Below, piece by piece: positions 9,177-17,337 of a DNA stretch of 29,994 nucleotides. Below the pieces are notes generated by a model. That model saw only the letters and a list, made by a program, of their open reading frames with translations, did not search any database and was not told where the DNA came from. The stretch spans positions 1-29,994 of the forward strand of contig DATLTH010000649.1 in the NCBI GenBank assembly GCA_035533695.1, read 5' to 3'. The position numbers and the translations under genes are program-made. Within the stretch, counting starts at the first letter, position 1; the number at the start of each line of letters is the position of its first letter. Source of the stretch: Stellaceae bacterium (GTDB taxonomy: Bacteria; Pseudomonadota; Alphaproteobacteria; ATCC43930; CGMCC-115725).

Positions 9177-9542
9177 CGCCTTCATTCCGACCACACTCCG
9201 ATTGCACAAGAGATCACGAAGGGGTGCGGACGCTATCGACCGATTGTGAAGACATCGTGGCGTGATCGCGTGGATCGCATGAAATTCTTCACACGTTCGC
9301 GCGACGCGAATTCGTGATTGAGCAAGGTCGTGGGCGTTTGTGCCCATCCCTGATTCTAACGAGTGAGGACATTCCGAATGAGCAGAGCGATGAGTGACGC
9401 CGGTTCGGTTTTCGACGACCAGCCGTATCAGTAATTCGTTGTCCGTTTTGGCGTGAACCGACGGTGTGGCATCGCGCTTCATGGCGCGCTCCCCGCAGAA
9501 CGCCCCGGTGAATCGCTAACGGCTGGAAGCGAGTGACAACTC

Positions 9543-9866
9543 CTATGCCGCCTTCACCGTATGCGCCTGAATCTCGACCCTGAGCTTCTTGCGCACGACA
9601 CGGAGGATCGCCGCGAGATTGTCCATGGTCGGATTGCCGTTCTTCGACAGCATGCGGTGCAAGCTCTTCGCCGGCATGCCCGTGGCAGCGGCAAGCGTTT
9701 CAAAGCCGACGGCCGCATTGACGAGGTCGCGCAGCACAAGGCGCGCCGTGTCCGCCTCGCCGTTGAGGAACAGCGTGGCAGCCTCATCGAGCATTGCTTT
9801 GGCAAAGGCCGGATCGCGTCGAACCCGCTCGACGATCGTCTCTTTGAAATCCCGGGTCAGCGCCAT
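9543..9866 (-). CDS. HTH antitoxin of a toxin-first type II addiction module, 107 aa
   Basis: MALTRDFKETIVERVRRDPAFA, then HTH GFETLAAATGMPAKSLHRMLSKNGNPTMDNL. Starts 5 nt after the toxin stop. Confidence 0.85.
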   Translation of the reverse strand: MALTRDFKETIVERVRRDPAFAKAMLDEAATLFLNGEADTARLVLRDLVNAAVGFETLAAATGMPAKSLHRMLSKNGNPTMDNLAAILRVVRKKLRVEIQAHTVKAA

Positions 9867-9871
9867 GCCAT

Positions 9872-10219
9872 TCACCTCTTGCCTTTCGCCTTTGCCGCCG
9901 CCTTGCGGGCTTTGTATTCGGCCCACATCGCCTTCGCCCGCTCGATGTCCACCTGCTGACGCTGCTTGGTACCGCCACCGAGCAGGATGATCAGCGACTC
10001 GCCGTCTTTCCCGAGATAGATCCGATAGCCCGGCCCCCAATCGATACGGCACTCGCCGATGGTACCGATCCATTTCACCCGCGAGGTGTTGCCCAGCTCC
10101 AGCCGCTCCACGGCCGTGGCAACCTTCGCAGCCGCCTGAGCATGCAGGCTATCGAACCAAGCCCGGTACGGACTCGATCCATCTTCCCGAATGTATTCGA
10201 CGACGGTCAGCGTGCCCAT
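9872..10219 (-). CDS. RelE/ParE-superfamily (HigB/Gp49-like) toxin, 115 aa
   Basis: WFDSL, IGECRIDWGPGYRIY, IILLGGGTKQRQQVDIERAK are typical of addiction-module killer proteins. Confidence 0.88.
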   Translation of the reverse strand: MGTLTVVEYIREDGSSPYRAWFDSLHAQAAAKVATAVERLELGNTSRVKWIGTIGECRIDWGPGYRIYLGKDGESLIILLGGGTKQRQQVDIERAKAMWAEYKARKAAAKAKGKR

Positions 10220-10222
10220 ATA

Positions 10223-10238
10223 GTCACATATACGTTAC
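10223..10238. promoter_or_regulatory. Candidate TA operator, imperfect palindrome GTCACATATACGTTAC
   Basis: 12/16 self-complementary, in an AT-rich patch 3 nt upstream of the toxin ATG. A TTGATT hexamer lies just upstream on the minus strand. Confidence 0.45.
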
Positions 10239-10290
10239 CATTAATCAAGGTCCAGTTCTATGATGACATCGCGGTCGTGGGCCAGTTCCG

Positions 10291-10318
10291 ATTTCGGCTT
10301 TGGGTGGAAAGCGGACAT
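10291..10318 (+). repeat. 28-bp 11-6-11 site A: ATTTCGGCTTT-GGGTGG-AAAGCGGACAT
   Basis: Inverted 11-bp arms (9/11 complementary) around an asymmetric 6-bp core. Related to site B. Confidence 0.7.
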
Positions 10319-10389
10319 AAGGTCCTTCGCTGATGATCTTCGCTTCAGCGCGCCTGCTGGGGAGCCGCGCGTTCTCCTGACCGCCGGTC

Positions 10390-10974
10390 TCAGCCGTGCA
10401 CTGTCTCGTGGCGCTCAAGCATGCCGATGAAACCGGCGATCTTCCGCGCTCGCGTCTCTGGCTTCTTCACCGTTTCTATCCGGTAGAGTATCGCGTAGCG
10501 ATTGGCTCCGGTCAGCGTTGCGAAGAAGGCTGCGGCCTCTGGGCTCTGATCGAGTGCTGCTTGAAAATCGGGCGGCACCTGGGCCTTGCTTGCAGGTGCA
10601 TATGCAGCGTCCCACCTGCCGTCTGCCCGAGCAGCCTCGATTTGCGCCAGTCCACGTGGGCGCACTCGACCAGCCGCGAGCAGTTCTTCTGCACGCGCCC
10701 GGTTCACCTGCGACCATTTGCTACGAACCTTCCGAGGCGTGAAGCGAATGAGCCAGGACGCATCGTCATACTTATCGAGCTGGCCATCGATCCAGCCGTG
10801 GCAAAGCGCCGCATCGATGGCCTCAGTCTTCGTCACGCTCTCGATGCCAGAGTGCGCCTTCGCTAACTTAATCCAGAGCCCTGGCGAGTTGGCGGGCTGC
10901 GCCTCCAGCCAGCGTTCCAGAGCCGCAAGATCGTTGAAGGCGATAATCGGTAGGCCGGCGCGTTCTTCGGTCAT
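10390..10974 (-). CDS. YdeI/OmpD-associated family protein, 194 aa
   Basis: EAIDAALCHGWIDG, RFTPRK.RS.WS..N, DGRWDAAY, VPPDFQAAL, YAILYRI...KKPETRARKI. Confidence 0.85.
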   Translation of the reverse strand: MTEERAGLPIIAFNDLAALERWLEAQPANSPGLWIKLAKAHSGIESVTKTEAIDAALCHGWIDGQLDKYDDASWLIRFTPRKVRSKWSQVNRARAEELLAAGRVRPRGLAQIEAARADGRWDAAYAPASKAQVPPDFQAALDQSPEAAAFFATLTGANRYAILYRIETVKKPETRARKIAGFIGMLERHETVHG

Positions 10975-11024
10975 GCAACAGTTCCATGGAAGCCTCGTAT
11001 CAGCGGCGATCGAGGATTCGCTTC

Positions 11025-11052
11025 ATGTCCGCAATGGGTCGAGAGCCGAGAT
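11025..11052 (+). repeat. 28-bp 11-6-11 site B: ATGTCCGCAAT-GGGTCG-AGAGCCGAGAT
   Basis: Same architecture and core orientation as site A, 734 bp apart. Its left arm is complementary to the right arm of A (9/11, including ATGTCCGC). Confidence 0.7.
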
Positions 11053-11080
11053 TCATACTAACCCACTACCCATCACGCCG

Positions 11081-13051
11081 TCATGAAATCTCCCGCCCCT
11101 TGCGCTCGCGGCCGAGCGCCCAGGAAATCGACTCGCCACGCGCGACCCCGGAGACGTGCTTGCCGAGGTTCCTCTCCAGCACCGGACGCCACGGCACCAG
11201 GGTAAACTCCCGGCCTCTTTCGACGAGCGCGAACCGGCCACTCGCGAGATCGACCCGACGCCGATAGACGCCCTCGATGCGCCGGCCGGGCCGAAGTTCG
11301 GTGTAGTCGAGCCCGAGTTCGTCCGAGAGCTGCGCGCCGATGCGAGCCAGCTCGCGCCGGCGGAGCAGACTGAGCAAGTTCACCCGATAGACGATCCGAT
11401 CTTGTTCGGTTTCAGCAAGATCTTGCTCGATGAGCCATCGCCGACGCCGTGCGAGCGCCTCACGCACTTCGTTCCCGAATCCCCTGTCACTGACGGCGGC
11501 GGGCTTCTCAGCCATGAGTTCGCGATCAAGCCAGGTGGCACCGTCGGCTCGGATCTGGCGATCGAGCGGCAGTGTCGACAGCGCCTCCACCAGCACTGGT
11601 GTCATCCGAGCCTGTGCACGCTCGTAGGCGGCGGTACGCTCGAGATGATCGGGCGCGATGATCCAGGTGCCATCGGGCTGCCGCTCGACGCCCACCTTGG
11701 CGCGGCGCATCGCTTCGAGCCGGCGCACGTGGGTTTCCGCCAATGCCGCCGTTGCCGACGGATCATGCCGCAGATGGATGTCGACGCTATAGCGGCCCCG
11801 CGTTGCAGCCGCGATCTCAGCAACGGTGCGGTCGACACGGCGTGGCGCCACCGGCTTGGGCTCGATGGCGACGATGGCGCCTTCTGGAGTCGGCTCGAGG
11901 GCATCGGCCCTGCCGATGTCGACGTAATGCGCGCGGCCATCCACGCCAGCGACGATGAGGTAATGGTGATCGTTAAGCTCGTCTGAGAGGCCGCGTCGGA
12001 TGACCCGTCCGACCAGCCGCTCAGGCTTCGGATCGGCCGGATCGTAGATCGCGATGTCCGGCATCAGAGGCGGCCTGCCCTTACCTGCCAGTTCGTGATG
12101 GAGCGCCTTGATGATGTCGCCGCGCTCGCCCATGCGGCGGAGCACCGGTTCGAGGTCCGCTGCAAGACGCCAGCGCGATGGCGCAATCTCCTCGACCAGG
12201 CCGAGCCGCTTCAACTTCTGCAGCCGTCCTGCCCTGAGAGTCTGGTGAAAGGCGTCATCGGCAACCGTTCCGGAGCGGACGATCCCGTCCGCGTCCGCTT
12301 CGCGCAACAGCCCGCGGTCGAGGCTGGTGAAACGCTCCTGCTCGATCTCGGCACGGAGCCTGGCTTCGATCTGCCGGTTCGTGCGTGGGCCGAGGTCGAG
12401 TGTCACGACCTCGGCGGCACGCTCCCGCATGCCTTGGGTCAGGTACTCGCGCGCAATGATCAGATCCTTGGCGCGCTCGTCTTTACCCCTGAGCACGACA
12501 TGGGTGTGCGGATGACCGGTGTTGTAGTGGTCGACGGCGACCCAATCGAGCTTGGTGCCGAGGTCCGCCTCCATCTGCCGCATGAGCCGCCGGGTGAAGC
12601 CCTTGAGATCGTCATATTCGATCGCATCCTCCGCCGAGACGATGAATCGGAATTGATGCCGGTCGCCGTCGCAACGCTCGAGAAAAGCCGGACCATTGGC
12701 GCGATCATGCTGAGCGTCATAGAGGTCGCCGGGCAGCCCATCGCGGGTAACGCCGTCGCGCTGCAAGTAGCGGAGATGGACCTGGGCACCCTTCAAGCCA
12801 CGGCCGGCGAGTTTGATGAGCCGAGCCTTTACAATCACACGCCGGGTCCGGAAGGCAGCATAACGGTCACGGGATCCGAGTACCCGGCCGACGCCAGCGC
12901 CGCGGCCGATCCGGCTACCACTGAAACGACTCCGACGTCGTCGGCCACCGGCCGCCGCGACGCCCCGCTTCACCGCGCGCAGATAGGAACTGCGCAGCTG
13001 GCGATTGCCGATGCGACCGAGCCTTGGCTCGAAGTCATCATCGCGGCTCAT
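11081..13051 (-). CDS. rlxS: Relaxase RlxS/VirD2-like (MOBP type with DUF3363-like C-terminus), 656 aa
   Basis: HLRYLQRDGV (motif I Tyr), HQFRFIVSAED, DWVAVDHYNTGHPHTH (HUH), C-terminal LVPWRPVLERNLG. Confidence 0.92.
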   Translation of the reverse strand: MSRDDDFEPRLGRIGNRQLRSSYLRAVKRGVAAAGGRRRRSRFSGSRIGRGAGVGRVLGSRDRYAAFRTRRVIVKARLIKLAGRGLKGAQVHLRYLQRDGVTRDGLPGDLYDAQHDRANGPAFLERCDGDRHQFRFIVSAEDAIEYDDLKGFTRRLMRQMEADLGTKLDWVAVDHYNTGHPHTHVVLRGKDERAKDLIIAREYLTQGMRERAAEVVTLDLGPRTNRQIEARLRAEIEQERFTSLDRGLLREADADGIVRSGTVADDAFHQTLRAGRLQKLKRLGLVEEIAPSRWRLAADLEPVLRRMGERGDIIKALHHELAGKGRPPLMPDIAIYDPADPKPERLVGRVIRRGLSDELNDHHYLIVAGVDGRAHYVDIGRADALEPTPEGAIVAIEPKPVAPRRVDRTVAEIAAATRGRYSVDIHLRHDPSATAALAETHVRRLEAMRRAKVGVERQPDGTWIIAPDHLERTAAYERAQARMTPVLVEALSTLPLDRQIRADGATWLDRELMAEKPAAVSDRGFGNEVREALARRRRWLIEQDLAETEQDRIVYRVNLLSLLRRRELARIGAQLSDELGLDYTELRPGRRIEGVYRRRVDLASGRFALVERGREFTLVPWRPVLERNLGKHVSGVARGESISWALGRERKGREIS

Positions 13052-13155
13052 GGCGATGCCCCGTGTTCAAGCTGCGGCCGACAACGCGGCGTAATGGAGC
13101 GGCGCCGACGCCGGAGGGATCGAGTTCGCAGCAGATCAACGGCTTGCACACTGGT

Positions 13156-13281
13156 TGGAGGGAAATGCGTGCGTTCCCTCCACCGATTCCGATGTGCAGA
13201 CCGAGCGATACCCGACGGTAGGAGGGTTTCTTTTATCTTGCTCTCCGCGGCCCCGAAGACCCCTGCCGCTCGTGTCTGCAC
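13156..13281 (+). other. Candidate oriT upstream of the relaxase
   Basis: TATCTTGC at 13234-13241 is one mismatch from the IncP nick consensus YATCCTG^Y. It is enclosed by a 14-bp bulged inverted repeat (13194-13207 / 13267-13281). A separate 9-bp IR lies at 13156-13182. Confidence 0.55.
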
Positions 13282-13308
13282 TGACATGCGTTCTGTTGCT
13301 CGCTCGAC

Positions 13309-14082
13309 TTAGAAGTGATTCCGCGCTAACGGCACGAAGAGACGGCCCGCGGATTGACTTTCTGAGTGTGTGCCTGCGCCGTTGCGCACGACAAACAGTG
13401 TTCCGCTTGGACCATGATGGGCGCCCGCTCTGAGGGAATCGTTTGGCGGCCCAGAGCTATGTGCGTGCCCCTTCCGATTGACGAAAAACACTGCTCTCCG
13501 CGACGTAAAATCGGCCCTCTCCGACGTATCAGTATTGGCAACTTGAGCGCCTTCCGACGCGCTCGGCGCCTGCATCGCGAGCGCATCAGAACCGATGCGC
13601 GCGAGGTATCGGACCGTCTCGGAGGGCAGCGGCGTGCCGTCCTCAAGGTAGCGCTCGAACCGTTCCGGCCCCGCGTTGTAGGCCGCAAACAGGCCCGGAT
13701 AGCCGTAGCGTTGGTACATGTCCGCGAGGTAGGCGGTGCCGGCAAGAACGTTGTCGCGCGGGGCGTAGGGATCGGGTCCCAAGCCAAGATGCAGCTGCAT
13801 CGAGAGGTACGTTTGGGGCATGACTTGCATGAGGCCCATGGCTCCGGCCGGTGATGTGATCGGCACGCCATCGCGCGTCGTCCGACCGCCGCTCTCGGCT
13901 TTCATGACGGTTCGGATCCACGATTGCGGCAGTCCGAAGCGCTGCGCCGCTTCGGCAATGAGCGGCTGCCAGCGGTCCATGGTATGTGCTGCAACCGCGG
14001 TGATGCGCGGTTGCCATTCGGCATTCGGCAGGACATGCGTGCGCGCGCCGAACGCGAGTTGGCACACTGCGAGCAGGGTCAC
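13309..14082 (-). CDS. Lytic transglycosylase (msi107-like), about 257 aa
   Basis: WIRTVMKAESGG (catalytic Glu), SPAGAMGLMQVMP, DNVLAGTAYL, AAYNAGP. GTG start overlaps the traF stop (GTGA). Confidence 0.88.
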   Translation of the reverse strand: MTLLAVCQLAFGARTHVLPNAEWQPRITAVAAHTMDRWQPLIAEAAQRFGLPQSWIRTVMKAESGGRTTRDGVPITSPAGAMGLMQVMPQTYLSMQLHLGLGPDPYAPRDNVLAGTAYLADMYQRYGYPGLFAAYNAGPERFERYLEDGTPLPSETVRYLARIGSDALAMQAPSASEGAQVANTDTSERADFTSRRAVFFVNRKGHAHSSGPPNDSLRAGAHHGPSGTLFVVRNGAGTHSESQSAGRLFVPLARNHF

Positions 14083-14645
14083 CGTGTCCAAATCGCCACC
14101 AGCCTGCCGATGATCGCGCGCCGCGTGACCGGCCCGAAATAGCGGCTGTCGAAGGAGTCCGGGACGGCGGCGTTGAGCAGGAACACCTGGCCCCGGCGTA
14201 GCGTCTGGCAACCGTGCCACGCCGGCAGCTTGCGCCCGCGCGTGTCGGCCAAAAGCCGTTTGGCGACGGGGTGGCCGTTGATTGTGATAACCCTGCCGCG
14301 GCTGCACACGGTGTCGCCCGCGAGCGCGGCGACATGCTTCGCGATGGGAGTGCCGGCGGGCAAATAATCGCGCGCGGCAGCCAGCGTGCGCGCGGCCAGC
14401 GGCAGCTTCGCCAGCACCAGTTCACCCCGCGTGATGGGGGCGTGCGACACGACACCATAGAGGCCAGTGGGCGCACTGGCGCTCGCGTTCCAGACCAATC
14501 GCGGGATCGGACGCAAGACCGCCGAGAGTCCGAGCATCGCCAGACCGAATGCGGCGCATTCGAGCGTCGTGCACTCACCGCGGCGCTTGGGCTTTGGCAC
14601 GTGTGCGATGACGCCGGAGAGTGTCAGCAGACGAAACCTACGCAT
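14079..14645 (-). CDS. traF: TraF / S26-family pilin-processing peptidase, 188 aa
   Basis: WNASASAPTGLY, PIAKHVAALAGDTVC, DSFDSRYFGPV. Confidence 0.9.
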   Translation of the reverse strand: MRRFRLLTLSGVIAHVPKPKRRGECTTLECAAFGLAMLGLSAVLRPIPRLVWNASASAPTGLYGVVSHAPITRGELVLAKLPLAARTLAAARDYLPAGTPIAKHVAALAGDTVCSRGRVITINGHPVAKRLLADTRGRKLPAWHGCQTLRRGQVFLLNAAVPDSFDSRYFGPVTRRAIIGRLVAIWTR

Positions 14646-14865
14646 CGACCGTCCGGGTCTTGGCGCGTGAATCCGACCAGGCGTCGAGCTCGGCGATGTG
14701 ATAGCGGACGTAGCGGCCGTGCTTGCGGTAGCGCGGTCCCTCGCCGGTGCGGCGCATGCGCTCGAGGGTGCGCGGCGACAGGCTGATGTAGTGCGCCGCC
14801 TGTTTGGTCGAAAGGAACGGGCTGCCCTTCTTGGCATTGGCCGCCCGTGTCGCATCGTCATCCAT
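14638..14865 (-). CDS. rdfS: Recombination directionality factor RdfS (MerR-like HTH excisionase), 75 aa
   Basis: FLSTKQAAHYISLSPRTLERMRRTGEGPRYRKHGRYVRY. GAGG SD. First gene of the rdfS-traF-SLT-rlxS block as in ICEMlSymR7A. Confidence 0.88.
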   Translation of the reverse strand: MDDDATRAANAKKGSPFLSTKQAAHYISLSPRTLERMRRTGEGPRYRKHGRYVRYHIAELDAWSDSRAKTRTVDA

Positions 14866-14939
14866 GGAGCACCTCGCCAGATGCACGCAGATCGCATCCA
14901 CATGGGCGAGAGTGAGCGCGCGGCGGACGGCGCGGGACT

Positions 14940-14967
14940 GGCGAATACTCGGATGCGAGAATTCGCC
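14940..14967. promoter_or_regulatory. FseA-binding inverted repeat of PrdfS, GGCGAA-N16-TTCGCC
   Basis: Exact match to the repeat I recall for the ICEMlSymR7A rdfS promoter. Arms extend to TGGCGAAT/ATTCGCCA. 75-102 bp upstream of the rdfS ATG. Confidence 0.8.
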
Positions 14968-15053
14968 ACCCGGGACGAACAGCAAAAGCGGCGCAACGCG
15001 GCGCGAAAGTGCGGTCAATCAGCCGGAGCGACCGCGACCATGGATAGCCGCGC

Positions 15054-15089
15054 AAAAAAGATACGGGCGGCGGTATGAACCGCCGCCCG
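15054..15089 (-). terminator. Rho-independent terminator after parB
   Basis: 11-bp perfect stem CGGGCGGCGGT/ACCGCCGCCCG with a 4-nt loop, followed on the minus strand by TATCTTTTTT. Confidence 0.8.
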
Positions 15090-15097
15090 CGAGAGGC

Positions 15098-16819
15098 TCA
15101 GGCCGATGCCGGGAACAGGCCTGCGACGGTGGCGGTGGCCTCGCCGATGGTGCTCGGCTGCTCGCCATAGGCCTGGAACGGGAAGCGCACCAGGCCGGGC
15201 AGCCAGCCCTCGACCTTGGTGCGGCCGTTGGTGCCGGCAAGATGATCGCGGATGATCTGCTTCTGGGTCTTGGCGCGTTCCGCGACATTGCCGTCGGCCA
15301 CCTCCTTGCCGGCGATATCGGCCAGGATGGCGTTGAGCGTGGCACGGTCGCGGACGAGCTCGAAGAAGGCGTCATCCGGCTGCCAATGCGTCCGGGCATC
15401 GACCCGATGATGGATGCCGACCGCCTCGACGACGGGGCTTCCGGCCGCCAGCGTCTCGGCCATGACGCAGGCTGCAACCCGCAGCACCTCGTCATCCGAG
15501 AGGGTCAGCAAGCGGGCGAACACGGCCGCCGTCTGATACGCGTCCCCGCTCGGCCACGCCACCGTGCCGTAATCATCGGGCCGGTCGAGAAGCGCTACGA
15601 CCTGCTCGCGCTCCGTCCGAAACGCCTGCTGCGCGGGGCTGGCCGCGACGCTCTTGCGGATCGCTTCGCCGCGCGCCGCTTGCGGCTCGGCCTTGACCTG
15701 CCAGTGGCCCGAGGCGGCCACGGCATGGGCGACCAACAGCCGCAACGCGGTGCCCGGATGCGCCAGCAGCGCCAGCCGCACGACCGCATGGCGATGCAGT
15801 TCGAGATAGTTCTGCACGCCCTTGCTCATCGGCGGCTGCGTGGACGCGGCCTTGCTCCCCCTCTCACCCGAAGCCTTTCGCTTGGCGTTGCGCCGAGCCT
15901 CCTTGGCCGAAAGCCAGCCTTCGTGGAACTCGACATCGCCGCGCGGCGAGACGGCGATGAACACCTTGCCGCCCTTCTTCTTGGGCGTCTTGACGTGCTC
16001 CCAGGTGGCGAAGGACCGGCCCGGTTCGAGGATCACGACCTCGGACCAGCCGGCTTCCAGCAGGGCGTCGCGCTTGGCGGCGATGGCCTGGTTCTGCAAC
16101 GCCCAGAACTTGGCCGGATCGGCAAAGTAAGCGTCCTCGCCGAATAGGTCGGTGACGATCTGGCCGGGATATTGGTCGAGTGGGAACAGCGCCACCTTGG
16201 TCGCGACCGACTGGCCGCCGAACAGCCACTGCTTCAACTGATACCCGGTCGGGGCGTAGCTCTCCGGGTCCTCGAACAGCTTGAGCCACTCCTTCTGCTG
16301 CGCCTTCGAGGCCAGCGTCAGATGCCGGATCGACTCGGCGTCGATCTCGTCCTTGCGGTAGGCCTCCCTGATCTTGGGCAACAGGTTGCCGAGGGCGAGA
16401 CGCTGCTCGACCAGCCGGTCGGTCAGGCCAAAGGTGGTGGCGATCTCGGCCACCGACTTGCCGGCCTTGGTCAGCCGGACGAAGGTCTCGTACTGGGTCA
16501 TCGCGTCGGCGTCGAGCCGGGCGACATTCTCGATCAGCGAGGCTTCGAGCGCCGCCGCGTCGTCGCCCGGCGCCATCACCGCGCAGGGCAGCGGCGCGAT
16601 GCTCACCTGCTCCGCCGCCACCACCTTGGCGGCGAAGTAGCGCCGCCGGCCGGCGACGATCTCGAATTCCGCGCCGTCGGGCCGCACCAGCAAGGGCTGC
16701 AGGATGCCGCGCGCCCGGACGCTCGGCACCAGATCGGCGACATCCGGCTCCTTGCGGCCATGGCGCATGTTGACAGGGGAGATTTTGAGTTTCGTCAGAT
16801 CGATATGCTGTAGGTCCAT
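15098..16819 (-). CDS. ParB/Spo0J-family N-terminal-domain protein of the ICE leading region, 573 aa
   Basis: LVPSVRARGILQPLLVR, EIVAGRRRY, ASLIENVAR, HTH GKSVAEIATTFG. GGAG SD before ATG 16819. Confidence 0.88.
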   Translation of the reverse strand: MDLQHIDLTKLKISPVNMRHGRKEPDVADLVPSVRARGILQPLLVRPDGAEFEIVAGRRRYFAAKVVAAEQVSIAPLPCAVMAPGDDAAALEASLIENVARLDADAMTQYETFVRLTKAGKSVAEIATTFGLTDRLVEQRLALGNLLPKIREAYRKDEIDAESIRHLTLASKAQQKEWLKLFEDPESYAPTGYQLKQWLFGGQSVATKVALFPLDQYPGQIVTDLFGEDAYFADPAKFWALQNQAIAAKRDALLEAGWSEVVILEPGRSFATWEHVKTPKKKGGKVFIAVSPRGDVEFHEGWLSAKEARRNAKRKASGERGSKAASTQPPMSKGVQNYLELHRHAVVRLALLAHPGTALRLLVAHAVAASGHWQVKAEPQAARGEAIRKSVAASPAQQAFRTEREQVVALLDRPDDYGTVAWPSGDAYQTAAVFARLLTLSDDEVLRVAACVMAETLAAGSPVVEAVGIHHRVDARTHWQPDDAFFELVRDRATLNAILADIAGKEVADGNVAERAKTQKQIIRDHLAGTNGRTKVEGWLPGLVRFPFQAYGEQPSTIGEATATVAGLFPASA

Positions 16820-16872
16820 GATGGTCTCCACGGGTTACAAGGCCGGCGCCGCGACAACGGCGCCGGGCGCTT

Positions 16873-17325
16873 TCAGCGCTCCTGATCCGCTCGCAGCGGA
16901 AATTCCGTCCAGGTGATGCGCGCGTAGCGCGCGCCGTTCTCATCAGTGGTGATGGCGGGATCGTCCGGATCGGCGCCGTCGAGGTCGTAATCGCGCACCT
17001 CGACGCGCACCGGGCCGTTCTCGACGCGGGTGTGCTCGACGGCACCGCTGCGGACGATAACCGTGACCGACGGCGGCTCACCCTGCTCGGTGAAGCGGGC
17101 CGGGACCGGCAGCGAGGATTGCAATCCGTCGAACGGGTCCCACACGTCGCCTTCGGCGACGGCATCGACAAAGGTCGGGCCGCAAGCGTCGAGCGGCCGC
17201 CAGCCGAGATCGCTGTTGGCTTCCGCGATGGCCTTCTCAAGCGCTTCGTCCAGGGTCGGCGCCTGCACGACCACGGTGTTGGAATAATAGGCGGCGTAGG
17301 TGCACTGCACGGTCCAGGTCTTCAT
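16873..17325 (-). CDS. Hypothetical protein, 150 aa
   Basis: GGAG SD, co-oriented in the ardC-parB operon, protein-like composition (VTVIVRSG...VEVRDYDLDG). Confidence 0.7.
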   Translation of the reverse strand: MKTWTVQCTYAAYYSNTVVVQAPTLDEALEKAIAEANSDLGWRPLDACGPTFVDAVAEGDVWDPFDGLQSSLPVPARFTEQGEPPSVTVIVRSGAVEHTRVENGPVRVEVRDYDLDGADPDDPAITTDENGARYARITWTEFPLRADQER

Positions 17326-17337
17326 CGCTTGTCTCCG

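Noticed and set aside
13192-13281. ATGTGCAGA and TCTGCAC look like the two halves of the Agrobacterium tra box
   Set aside because: The halves are about 74 bp apart rather than contiguous; better explained as the oriT-region stem.
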